Under the pieces are notes generated by a model. That model saw nothing but the letters and a program-made list of their open reading frames with translations. It ran no database searches and was not told the DNA's origin. From NCBI RefSeq assembly GCF_001458695.1, contig NZ_LN885086.1, forward strand, positions 570,001-602,000: a DNA stretch of 32,000 nucleotides, written 5' to 3'. Positions 1 to 8,475 of this stretch are shown here, piece by piece. The position numbers and the translations under genes are program-made. The stretch comes from Candidatus Nitrospira inopinata (GTDB lineage Bacteria > Nitrospirota > Nitrospiria > Nitrospirales > Nitrospiraceae). Within the stretch, counting starts at the first letter, position 1. Every line of letters begins with the position of its first letter.

Positions 1-235
1 GAACGTCGGGTTATATTGGCCATGAGGAATTGCGATGCCCCCAGAGAGAGAACGTTATCCAGACCCGTGAACGGGCCGGGAAATCCTATCTCGATCGGAG
101 ACGGATTGCCAAGCCTTTGGGTCATGAACGTCCACGAATCTTGCGTTATGATTCAATGGCGTCCCGTCACACGTCGGGATCTCGGCGGACCGGCATGACG
201 AAGCGCGTCAATCGATACCAAGACGAGACGAGTGA

Positions 236-1108
236 ATGAACGGCCTCTCTTTCCGGCTGCACTGGATGCTGCCCGCACTTTTTCCGCTCGCCCTCACGGC
301 CTGTTCGTCGGCGGCATTCACCGTCGCCAATCTCCCCACGTACTTTGAAGAGATCACGGTCGTGCGGGACCAGATGTACGGACCGGACCCATCGCATCTG
401 CTGGACATCTACACGTCGGCTCATGCGTCGAATCAGCTTCGGGAAGTGATCGTCTTTTTCTACGGAGGCCGTTGGACGGAAGGGACCAAGAATGATTACC
501 GGTTCATTGGCGCAACCTTGGTCAGTCGCGGCTATATCGTCGTCATCCCCGACTACCGAAAGTATCCGGATGTCCGCTTTCCGACGTTCGTCGAAGACGG
601 AGCCAAGGCGCTCGCGTGGGTTCATGACCATATCGCCGAATGGCAAGGCGATCCTCAACGCATCCACGTCGTGGGGCATTCGGCCGGAGCTCACATCGGC
701 GCGCTGCTTGCCGCCGATGCTCATTATTTAGCCGACGCGGGAAAAGATCGATCCATCATCCGTGATGTCGTCGGGCTGGCCGGCCCCTACTCGTTCACCC
801 CAAGCGATCCCGACTTGCAAGACCTGTTCGGCCCTCCGGCCAATTACCCGAACATGCAGGTGACCACGTTCATCGACGGCGCCCAGCCGCCGATGCTGTT
901 ACTGCACGGCGAGGCCGATACGAGGGTGAAGCCGTACAATCTGGAAAAGCTCCGACAACGCATCACCGAACAGGGCGGTTGCGTGCGGGCGATCGTCTAT
1001 CCGGACGTCGGACACAGCGGCATCCTCGCCGCCTTGTCTTGGCTCAACCCCAGTTCGGCACCCGTCGTCGAGGATATCGTGCGGTTCTTTCACTCCTGCG
1101 AATCGTGA
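236..1108 (+). CDS. alpha/beta-hydrolase fold esterase/lipase-type (lipo)protein
   Basis: 290-aa ORF. N-terminal signal with lipobox-like LALTAC. FFYGGRW oxyanion-type motif, nucleophile elbow GHSAGA (GxSxG), and later HGEADTRV and DVGHSG consistent with the Asp/His of a catalytic triad. Confidence 0.85.
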   Translation: MNGLSFRLHWMLPALFPLALTACSSAAFTVANLPTYFEEITVVRDQMYGPDPSHLLDIYTSAHASNQLREVIVFFYGGRWTEGTKNDYRFIGATLVSRGYIVVIPDYRKYPDVRFPTFVEDGAKALAWVHDHIAEWQGDPQRIHVVGHSAGAHIGALLAADAHYLADAGKDRSIIRDVVGLAGPYSFTPSDPDLQDLFGPPANYPNMQVTTFIDGAQPPMLLLHGEADTRVKPYNLEKLRQRITEQGGCVRAIVYPDVGHSGILAALSWLNPSSAPVVEDIVRFFHSCES

Positions 1109-1289
1109 CGCTCGAGATGGCACTCTCGCCTCTCCTGTTTCCGATTCCGCAAGCCTCATTTTCTTGGCCGCCATGCCGTGGCTTGTTTCCATGCGTGAAT
1201 ATTGGGGCAAGAGGTGGGATCGGAGCAGCGAAGTAGATCAAACCCCCATGTGCCACTGTAAGTTCCCCGTACCTTGAGCCAGTCCTAAT

Positions 1290-1760
1290 TAGGCGGCGCC
1301 GCAAGATGTCCTCGCAAAAAGCTGGAAGACCTGCTGAACGGCGGGAGATCGTCAGTCAGATGGTCATGGTGAACGGGCTTCCGGTGCAGCGGGCCTGTCA
1401 GGGCGTGGAGCGGGGTCGCGCACCCTCCTATCGGCCTCTTGTTGCGGGGGCCCAGCGGGATGCGCCGGTGCTCGTCGCGCTCACGGCAGTCGTGACCACC
1501 TCCCCTCGCTGGGGGCTGGCAGTGTGAGCGGCGACTCCGGCTCGAGGGGCGTCCGTGGAACGCAAACCGCGTCGGGCTGGTCTATTGCCGGCCGCGCTTC
1601 AATCGAAGCGCCTGGGGGTATTCCATCCGACTGGTCAATCCTTCGGCATAGTACGGCTGCGGACTGGTTTCGATAAGGCCCCTTGCAGTTCAATGACCCC
1701 GAACAAACTTGGCGGCGGGGAAAATTCCGCAAGCGTCGCGTACCGCCTGGCTCGATGACG
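1290..1760 (+). pseudogene. degraded IS3-family transposase relic (OrfA tail plus OrfB N-terminus and C-terminus, DDE core missing)
   Basis: Patchwork across frames. DVLAKSWKT resembles the end of an IS3/IS407-group OrfA. KAGRPAERREIVSQMVMVNGLPVQRACQGVERGRAPSYRP resembles the HTH N-terminus of OrfB (compare SxRRACxxLGxSRSxYY). LRLEGRPWNANRVGLVY compares with LRxEGWxVNHKRVxRLY. FDKAPCSSMTPNKL compares with the C-terminal YNxxRPHSSLGxxTPxxF. The frames are broken and the catalytic core between these pieces is absent. Confidence 0.55.
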
Positions 1761-1884
1761 AACGCATAGAGCCGGCATTCCAGATCCCCCCTTGAAGAGG
1801 GGAAAGGTGTTTCGATGGGACGTGGCCGATGGGCTTCGGTCGAGAGGGAGTCTCTCCGAATAATAATGGGTGTCGGTTGCGCCG

Positions 1885-3135
1885 CTACGGTGTCTTGGCG
1901 CAACGGAAGCCGTAGCCGAAATGGCGATTTGCCGGCTGAGCGTTGAATCGGTGGGCCGACCGTAGGAAGTCCGCCACATAAAGCCATGACCCCCCGCGCA
2001 CCACCTTCTCGGTGCCTTTGGCCGGTCCGATAGGATTCTTCTCCGGACCGTTTTTATAAAAGTCATGGTCGTACCAATCGAACACCCATTCCCAGGCGTT
2101 GCCGGCCATATCATACGCGCCATAGGGGCTTTTCCCCGCCTCGAACGATCCTACGGGCGTCAGGGCGAAGTGGTCGTCCCACTCTTTCCTTCCGTAATTG
2201 GCGTGCAGCCGAGTGGGAGCCTCGTTGCCCCAGGGATAGATGCGCCCGTCCGTTCCCCGCGCCGCCTTTTCCCACTCCGCTTCCGTCGGGAGCCGCTTGC
2301 CCGCCCATTTGCAATAATTGACGGCGTCCTCCCAACTGACGTTGACCACCGGCCGTCTTTGGTGCTGGGGCTGATTCATGATGTTCCAATCCGGCGGCTC
2401 CTCCATGTCGGTCGCTTCCAGGTATCTGGCATATTGCCCCACCGTCACCTCATACTTGTCGATGTAAAACGCATTGAGAGAAATTTGGCGCACCGGCTTT
2501 TCATCGTCCGAGAGGTTGCTCCCCTGTGTGAATTTTCCGGCCGGGACGAAGACCATCTCCGCGTCCAGAGAATCGGCCTGCGATGCCCCCATCTCCGATC
2601 CGCTCGCGCGCTTGGAGGAGGCGGATCGTGGCCGCGGCAATTTTGCTCGCAGTTGTTGAAACAACGTTTGTTGCTCGTGCGTAATGCCCAGATCTTGAGC
2701 GCTGCTCAAGGTTTCTTCCGCTTGCTTCGTTTTTCCGCTCGCAAGGAGACGCTTCGCTTCGTTCAAGAGCCCCCACACCTTCATCTCTTCCCGCAATCGC
2801 CACACTTTCGCCTTCGTCTTTGGCAAGGAAGACATGCCGGACTCGGCATCCAGTTGCAACGCACTGTCATAATGTTCTTCCGCGCAGGTCCAGTCCTCAA
2901 GGGCTCGACAGGCCTCGGCCAAGTTGAAATGACCCTGAACGTTCGACGGATCTTTTGAGAGACCGGCTTCCAACGCCGCGCGAGCCTCGCCGTATTGTTT
3001 GCTCTTCAACAAGTCTTCCCCTTTGGTCAATTCCTTGTCTCCGGCCCTGGCCGCTTGAACGATGGTCGTCTGCCCATTCATCCCCAGTCCAGCAACACAG
3101 GTCAGCACCATTATCCTCAGCAACGTTCCGCTCAT
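1885..3135 (-). CDS. formylglycine-generating-enzyme (SUMF1/EgtB/PvdO) family protein with N-terminal TPR-like region, exported
   Basis: Start trimmed from the 427-aa ORF to ATG 3135, which follows GGGGAGGGA. Signal peptide MSGTLLRIMVLTCVAGL. TPR-like helical repeats. FGE-sulfatase signatures FYIDKYEVTVGQYARYL, NVSWEDAVNYCKWAGKRLPTEAEWEKAARG, RGGSW and GFRCAK. Confidence 0.85.
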   Translation of the reverse strand: MSGTLLRIMVLTCVAGLGMNGQTTIVQAARAGDKELTKGEDLLKSKQYGEARAALEAGLSKDPSNVQGHFNLAEACRALEDWTCAEEHYDSALQLDAESGMSSLPKTKAKVWRLREEMKVWGLLNEAKRLLASGKTKQAEETLSSAQDLGITHEQQTLFQQLRAKLPRPRSASSKRASGSEMGASQADSLDAEMVFVPAGKFTQGSNLSDDEKPVRQISLNAFYIDKYEVTVGQYARYLEATDMEEPPDWNIMNQPQHQRRPVVNVSWEDAVNYCKWAGKRLPTEAEWEKAARGTDGRIYPWGNEAPTRLHANYGRKEWDDHFALTPVGSFEAGKSPYGAYDMAGNAWEWVFDWYDHDFYKNGPEKNPIGPAKGTEKVVRGGSWLYVADFLRSAHRFNAQPANRHFGYGFRCAKTP

Positions 3136-3401
3136 GAACGCTCCCTCCCCTTTTTCGCGCGGACCCACCCCTTTTCGCCTCGGCGCCCGTGAAGGTCTTG
3201 TGCTTCTCTCTCTTGCCGCTTTCTCCCTTGTACTCCTTCAAAATCAGTGCCCGCTTTTTTAGTCTGTCATTTATTTATTGCGCGCGCATATCCGCGCATC
3301 TGCCGCAATAGGCAACAGTGCAGGGGCAAAATGAACCAGTCCATCCGGTTGTCTTTGTGCGATACTAGGGTTTTGGAAGGTTCTGGAGGGACCATTCTTC
3401 T

Positions 3402-4346
3402 ATGCAGCGCCACGCTCAATTTCCCAACGAGCAGTCAGCGACCGGCGAGTTCAAGCGGCAGGCTGACGCATTCCGTGGGTGGGTCACCGCGGACGGCAGG
3501 TCGGGGTACCCCGCCGTCCCTCATCGTTATCATCTCTACGTTTCCTGGGCCTGTCCTTGGGCCCATCGCACGATCATTGTCCGTAAGCTTAAGAAGCTGG
3601 AAGGAATTATTGGGATGACGGTCGTGGACCCGATTCGTGACAAACGTGGCTGGGCCTTCCGTGAAGGCCCAGGACACTCCCTTGATCCCATCAACGGCTT
3701 TCGCTTCTTGAGCGAAGCGTACAGAGCCACCGACCCGCGCTATCGAGGGCGCGTGACCGTTCCCGTCTTGTGGGATACGGTGACGAGCAGGATCGTCACA
3801 AACTCTGACGACGATCTTATGCGCATCTTCAACAGGGAGTTCGACCAGTTTACCGATTCCGCTCTCGATCTGTATCCGGAACGGCTGCGCGCGGAGATCG
3901 ATGATCTCAACCGTTTCATTTACGAGCGCATCAACGACGGCGTGTATCGAGCTGGCTTTGCAACGGCTCAGGCCGTCTACGAACAGGCGGTCACACGGCT
4001 TTTCGATGCACTGGACCTTCTTGAAACCCGTTTGGCCGATCGCCGCTACCTGTTCGGATCGACCTTCGTCGAGACCGATTGGCGTCTGTTCGTCACGTTG
4101 ATTCGGTTCGACGCCGTCTATCACGGCCACTTCAAATGCAACCTCCGGCGAATCGTTGATTACCCCAACCTCTTCGGATATTTGAAGGATCTTTATCAAA
4201 CACGCGACATCGCGGGGACGGTCAACTTTGACCACATCAAGCGCCACTATTACATGACCCATACGGCCATCAATCCGGCTAGGATCGTGCCTCTTGGCCC
4301 GATCCAAGACTTGATCACCCCCCACGGAAGGGAACGGCTGACATAA
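3402..4346 (+). CDS. yqjG: glutathionyl-hydroquinone reductase (Xi-class / Omega-like GST, YqjG/ECM4 family)
   Basis: 314 aa. N-terminal GEFKRQADAFRGWVTADG and HRYHLYVSWACPWAHRT (the CPWA active-site motif of Xi-class GSTs). The length and C-terminal IKxHYY motif are typical of the family. Confidence 0.9.
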   Translation: MQRHAQFPNEQSATGEFKRQADAFRGWVTADGRSGYPAVPHRYHLYVSWACPWAHRTIIVRKLKKLEGIIGMTVVDPIRDKRGWAFREGPGHSLDPINGFRFLSEAYRATDPRYRGRVTVPVLWDTVTSRIVTNSDDDLMRIFNREFDQFTDSALDLYPERLRAEIDDLNRFIYERINDGVYRAGFATAQAVYEQAVTRLFDALDLLETRLADRRYLFGSTFVETDWRLFVTLIRFDAVYHGHFKCNLRRIVDYPNLFGYLKDLYQTRDIAGTVNFDHIKRHYYMTHTAINPARIVPLGPIQDLITPHGRERLT

Positions 4347-4603
4347 GTTGCTTTTCAACCATTACACTGTCAAACAAACTGGACGGTTTTGCTGATTTTC
4401 TCCCCACTTATCTCATCGCAATACTCCATATTCTCCATAGCCCCTTCATTTTCCTAAGAGTCTTCTCGTGCGCCTTGGCTGCAAGGTCGAGCATGAGAGT
4501 TGCTGGCCCCTTTTCACCAAGAGCACGAAAGAAGGCGATTCGAAAGAAGCGCTGGGGGTCTGAATCAGGGGATAGAACAACTTAACCGAAAGGAGCATGA
4601 CCT

Positions 4604-4687
4604 ATGGACGGCAGCCTGTTGCTTTTTATCGGTGTGATGCTGGCGATGCTGATCGGCGGGTTGATCGTGTACAAGAAAAGCGCCTAA
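4604..4687 (+). CDS. 27-aa single-TM hydrophobic micropeptide (paralog of 6404..6487)
   Basis: ATG preceded by AAAGGAG 8 nt upstream. Translation MDGSLLLFIGVMLAMLIGGLIVYKKSA. Same length and architecture (MD, about 20 hydrophobic residues, YKK plus 2) as the second copy. Below the 60-aa cutoff of the ORF track. Confidence 0.45.
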   Translation: MDGSLLLFIGVMLAMLIGGLIVYKKSA

Positions 4688-4800
4688 TGGGGGCATGGCT
4701 TGAGACCCAAGGAACTTTTCCATAATTCCGACGCGCCCTTTAAACAAGATGTTCCCTTCTGCTCTCGCTGAGGGGAAAGGAGGTGTGAGGAAAAGCGCGG

Positions 4801-4845
4801 GTAGCCCTGACCGTGTCACCGGTCAGGGCTACCTCTTGTTTTATT
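4801..4845 (+). terminator. rho-independent-type terminator hairpin
   Basis: Perfect 13-bp stem GTAGCCCTGACCG / CGGTCAGGGCTAC (4801-4813 / 4820-4832) with a 6-nt loop, followed by CTCTTGTTTTATT. Confidence 0.5.
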
Positions 4846-5218
4846 GCACGACCGCCGAGTTCAACGACATTGCTGAACAAATCATGCCTGCCTCGTCTCC
4901 TTTTACTTTTCCGAAGTTCCCGCTTCAAGTCTAGCGGTTCATCGCCGAATCGCTTCATGATTTCATCGACGACCAACTCCAAGATCTAAAAGCCGCCCGA
5001 TCCGTTTGATCCGCCGATCAACCAGCGCAACGCCCTTTTCTGCGGCTCTTCCCCAGAAAGCGAAGAACGCACGGCGTGAGGCGCGATGACGGGGGAACGG
5101 TGGAAACGCGGAAAAAAGGATTGGCGGCTGTATGGACTTTTGGTAAAGTTCGGCGTTTTGTTCGGAGGCTCGACGGTCGATCCAACAACCCTTCCCAGCC
5201 CAAACGTGGAGAATAAGA

Positions 5219-6142
5219 ATGAAGGCCGGAATACAGAGAGCGACCTTTCAGACGACAGGGGGAGCGATCGGGCTTTCGCTCATCGTTATCTCTCTATCCA
5301 TTTTCGGTTGTGCCGATCTGGCAATTTCCTCGGCGGATTATGAGTCTTCTTCCAATCACTCGCCGAGCGCGGCCTTCCAGATCTCTTCGGCGGCTTCCGC
5401 GGCATCGCCGGAGACCGCCATTTCCGACGATCCGCAAGATGAGCCATTTGATCCCTTTGCCCAAGCCGGCGAATCGGATCTCGAAGAATATGATCCCTGG
5501 GAGCCCTTCAACACAAAGGTCTTTGAGTTCAATAGGCAGATCGACCGCTGGCTCCTCAAGCCGGTAGCGACCGGATACGACTTCATCATGCCGAACCTGC
5601 TTCAACAGGGAGTCAGCAACTTTTTCTACAACGCAAGGTTTGTCCCCCGGTTCGTCAATAACATCCTGCAAGGGAAGTTCCGCGGGGCGGGAATCGAGGC
5701 CGGCCGTTTTCTTGTGAACACCACGCTTGGACTCGCCGGATTCATCGATTGGGCAAGCGACATGGACTTAACAACGCCGGAAGAAGACCTGGGACAAACC
5801 CTCGGTTTCTATGGAGTCAAGCCGGGCCCCTACCTTATCGTTCCCCTGTATCCGCCGTTTACGGTCCGAGACTTGGTCGGGTACGTGGGAGATGTTTTTC
5901 TGAACCCCATTTATTGGTTGGCTCTGCCCATCATCGAAATCGATAAGATACCTTCCGCGGTCCCCCATAGCAGTCGCTTGACGACCTCGCTCATTTTGCT
6001 CAGCGCAAAGGTGACGGAAGTGGTCAACGAACGCTCGCTGAATCTTGAAAAGTATGAAGGCGTCGAAGAGTCCGCGGTCGATCTCTATAGCGCCGTCCGT
6101 AACGCCTATCTCCAAAAACGAGCAAAGGCCATTCGAGAGTAA
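5219..6142 (+). CDS. mlaA: MlaA/VacJ family outer-membrane lipoprotein (phospholipid asymmetry maintenance)
   Basis: 307 aa. Lipobox SIFGCA. Canonical VacJ core FNTKVFEFNRQIDRWLLKPVATGY...GVSNFFYN...FVNNILQGKF...RFLVNTTLGLAGFIDWA...EDLGQTLGFYGV..GPYLIVPL. Confidence 0.9.
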   Translation: MKAGIQRATFQTTGGAIGLSLIVISLSIFGCADLAISSADYESSSNHSPSAAFQISSAASAASPETAISDDPQDEPFDPFAQAGESDLEEYDPWEPFNTKVFEFNRQIDRWLLKPVATGYDFIMPNLLQQGVSNFFYNARFVPRFVNNILQGKFRGAGIEAGRFLVNTTLGLAGFIDWASDMDLTTPEEDLGQTLGFYGVKPGPYLIVPLYPPFTVRDLVGYVGDVFLNPIYWLALPIIEIDKIPSAVPHSSRLTTSLILLSAKVTEVVNERSLNLEKYEGVEESAVDLYSAVRNAYLQKRAKAIRE

Positions 6143-6335
6143 CGTATTTCCCCACAAGCTCTTTTTTGAACGACCATCGCTTACGGCTTGGAATGCCCCG
6201 TGAGGGCATCCATTTCATTGTGAGCCGGCATGGGCAGCTTTCACGAATAATCAACGGCTTCGTCAGTTGAAGTCGGAGGGAAAGGGACAGGGTGTATCAT
6301 GTCTATCGAAACAGGACACACCCACCCTCTCTGCT

Positions 6336-6367
6336 GAATCTCACGAGATCTGCGGAATCTCACGAGA
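6336..6367. repeat. 13-nt direct repeat GAATCTCACGAGA x2, 19-bp period
   Basis: Exact copies at 6336-6348 and 6355-6367. The first unit contains the mini-palindrome ATCTC-ac-GAGAT. It lies in the spacer between the mlaA 3' end and the 3' end of the minus-strand micropeptide gene. Confidence 0.6.
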
Positions 6368-6403
6368 CACGAGCGGCAGCGGGGAAAGAATCGCTCTGTG
6401 GTG

Positions 6404-6487
6404 CTACTGACCCTTTTTGTAAATGATGATTCCGGCGACCAGAAGGATAAGCATGATCACGATGAACATCAAGATTTTGGCATCCAT
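6404..6487 (-). CDS. 27-aa single-TM hydrophobic micropeptide (paralog of 4604..4687)
   Basis: Minus-strand ATG preceded by TAAGGAGGAGCC, a strong SD. Translation MDAKILMFIVIMLILLVAGIIIYKKGQ. 12/27 identical, and nearly all other positions conservative, versus the other copy. Confidence 0.5.
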   Translation of the reverse strand: MDAKILMFIVIMLILLVAGIIIYKKGQ

Positions 6488-7138
6488 GGCTCCTCCTTAG
6501 TGACTAACCATAGTTTCTACAAGGTTCATCTACGAACACCTGTTTACCGGCCGAACTAGGGAATCATCACAAATGAAAGAGTTTGAATTGGCGAGTGGCT
6601 CGGCCTCCTTTTCCACCCTTTGGCAGGTTGGTTCCCGGCGCGCAAGCTTATTCTTCTCTACCTTCCTTGTCAAGGCTCCTGAGCGATCTTGACACATCCA
6701 AACATAAGAAAATTGGCTTGTTGCGCGTGTCGATGAGACGACTTCGACGAAATCGATCGCCGAGTTCTGACTCTCAACGGCAAACAGCTTCTCGACTTCT
6801 TCTCACAGAAGACCCCTCGAACAAGATGTCCGACGATGAACAAGAATGATTGGGAGCAATTCGGTGGCATTGAATGATGAAAGATTCCACAGCACTCCTT
6901 TTGGGTCTGCCCTGTAATGCAACAGACGGCCGAACTCCTTCAGTGGCGCCTCCCCCAGATTCATAAATAATTGCAGGGAAACGACGCCTGTAGTCATGGA
7001 TGGAAGAGAAGTCGTGTCATCCATCTCATGGCATCATCGATGCAGAGGCGACATGACAGAAGTAAGTCTGACCGAAAAAGCATCGCGACAAACTGGAGAC
7101 CGTCTATCCGGTTCTCTGGAAAGAAAGGAGGGTGTATC

Positions 7139-7609
7139 ATGTCCGGACTCAGCAGGTGGGAACCGTCTCTGCGGTGGAATCCATGGAAGGATCTCGAAGA
7201 AATGGAAAAACGCCTCTCCACCTTCTTCGGACGAGCCCCGGAGGGGAGCGGCGAAAAGAAGGAGGCCCTGGCGGTCGCCGAGTGGTCGCCGGTCGTCGAC
7301 ATCACCGAAGACGACAAGGAATATCTCATCAAGGCCGAATTGCCCGAGATGAAGAAAGAAGACATCAAGATCAACGTTCAGGACGACGTGCTCTCGATCA
7401 GCGGAGAGCGGAAATACGAGAAAGACGAGAAGAGCAAGAAATATCACCGGGTCGAGCGAGCCTACGGCAGTTTTCTCCGGAGTTTTACCCTGCCGCAAGA
7501 CGCCGACGGCTCCAAGGTCAGCGCCACGTATAAAGACGGCGTGCTGGCTATTCACCTTCCCAAGTCTGAAAAGGCCAAGCCGAAGGCTATCGAAGTGAAG
7601 GTGAGTTGA
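7139..7609 (+). CDS. Hsp20/alpha-crystallin family small heat-shock protein
   Basis: Start trimmed to ATG 7139 after AAAGGAGGG. 156 aa. WSPVVDITEDDKEYLIKAELPEMKKEDIKINVQDDVLSISGER...ERAYGSFLRSFTLP...ATYKDGVLAIHLPK is a textbook alpha-crystallin domain. Confidence 0.9.
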   Translation: MSGLSRWEPSLRWNPWKDLEEMEKRLSTFFGRAPEGSGEKKEALAVAEWSPVVDITEDDKEYLIKAELPEMKKEDIKINVQDDVLSISGERKYEKDEKSKKYHRVERAYGSFLRSFTLPQDADGSKVSATYKDGVLAIHLPKSEKAKPKAIEVKVS

Positions 7610-7683
7610 GGGTGCGACCGTCATCTCGCTTCTAGGGAAGAGCGGAAAGAGGAGGAACACCTTCCCGTAAGGCGAGAGGTCTC

Positions 7684-7717
7684 CGGCGGCGGAACGTCGG
7701 CGGACGTTCCGCCGCCG
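7684..7717 (+). terminator. strong GC hairpin downstream of hsp20 (probable terminator or stabiliser)
   Basis: Perfect 15-bp stem CGGCGGCGGAACGTC / GACGTTCCGCCGCCG with a 4-nt loop GGCG. Only a weak T-tract (ACCATTTCC) follows. Confidence 0.45.
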
Positions 7718-7790
7718 ACCATTTCCGAGAAGCCGCACAAGTCGCCGAAGAAGATCAGGACTCCACAGAACGAGAGGAACGGGCGAGACG

Positions 7791-8459
7791 ATGATCTTTC
7801 AAAATCGCGAAGAAGCAGGCCGGCGGCTGGTTGAAAAGTTGATCCACTATCGCAAACAGCCTGCGGCCCTCATTTTGGCGCTTCCGCGAGGAGGCGTGGC
7901 GGTCGGTTATCAGTTGAGCGTGGGACTTCACCTGCCGTTGGACGTCTTCATCGCCCGCAAGATCGGCGCGCCGGATAATCCCGAATATGCCATGGGAGCC
8001 GTGGGTGAGTCGGGAGGGGTCTACTGGAATCCGACGGCGAGAGCGGCGTACCGCCTGAGCCCTGCCGACATCGCACGGTTAATTCAGTCGCAACAAGATG
8101 AAATCGCCAGGCGGCAAGCCTTGTATCGGCAGAACCGGCCGTTTCCCCCGCTGGAGGATCGCACGGTCATTCTCGTGGACGACGGCATCGCCACCGGCTC
8201 CACGTTTTTCGCCGCGATCCAATCGATCAGACAACTCAACCCCCATCGCCTTGTGGGAGCCATTCCTGTCGGACCGAGAGACACGCTTCAACAAGTCGAG
8301 GAGCAAGTCGATGAACTAGCGGTCCTGGCCGCGCCGGACCCCTTTTGGGCCGTGGGGAATCACTATGCGGATTTTGCGCAAGTGAGCGACCGGGAAGTCG
8401 TGGAATACCTGAATCTTGCCGAAGAAGCGTTGCGTGAACACACGCGGCTTTCTTCTTAG
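7791..8459 (+). CDS. phosphoribosyltransferase-family protein
   Basis: 222 aa. PRPP-binding loop VILVDDGIATGST. N-terminal FxNREEAGRxL...ALPRGGV typical of stand-alone predicted PRTases. Confidence 0.85.
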   Translation: MIFQNREEAGRRLVEKLIHYRKQPAALILALPRGGVAVGYQLSVGLHLPLDVFIARKIGAPDNPEYAMGAVGESGGVYWNPTARAAYRLSPADIARLIQSQQDEIARRQALYRQNRPFPPLEDRTVILVDDGIATGSTFFAAIQSIRQLNPHRLVGAIPVGPRDTLQQVEEQVDELAVLAAPDPFWAVGNHYADFAQVSDREVVEYLNLAEEALREHTRLSS

Positions 8460-8475
8460 AGGAGGTCTCGCGTTC

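Noticed and set aside
1-125. Minus-strand frame starting at ATG 125 (MTQRLGNPSPIEIGFPGPFTGLDNVLSLGASQFLMANITRR...) and open to the window edge
   Set aside because: It could be the 5' end of a gene divergent from the hydrolase. However, only 41 codons are visible, the SD is weak and no motif is present, so it cannot be supported.
167-724. 185-aa minus-strand ORF (with 208..408 and 492..731) overlapping the hydrolase gene
   Set aside because: It lies entirely antisense or out of frame to a gene with clear alpha/beta-hydrolase motifs. Its Arg/Pro/Gly-rich composition is typical of shadow ORFs in high-GC DNA, and it has no SD.
2065-2958. 297-aa plus-strand ORF opposite the FGE-domain gene; similar long shadow ORFs at 3435..4358, 7034..7738, 9196..10215 and 9686..10327
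   Set aside because: Each is antisense to a gene with strong family signatures (FGE, YqjG, Hsp20, USP, cytochrome c). The translations are Arg/Pro/His-rich, low-complexity and domain-free.
4740-4982. 80-aa minus-strand ORF (TTG start), together with 4749..4934 on the plus strand
   Set aside because: Both read straight through the perfect 13-bp terminator hairpin at 4801-4832. There is no SD, and the highly basic low-complexity stretch (KSKRRRGRH) is unconvincing.
6971-7138. 56-codon N-terminal extension of the Hsp20 ORF
   Set aside because: The extension has no similarity to sHSP N-terminal regions. The internal ATG 7139 has an ideal AAAGGAGGG SD and yields a normal 156-aa sHSP.
6289-7143. 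15-nt exact repeat AGGGTGTATCATGTC at 6289-6303 and 7129-7143, the latter spanning the hsp20 SD/ATG
   Set aside because: Roughly one such 15-mer coincidence is expected by chance among all position pairs on both strands of a 32-kb window. The flanks match only loosely (GGAAAG...) and the first copy heads only a 12-codon ORF.
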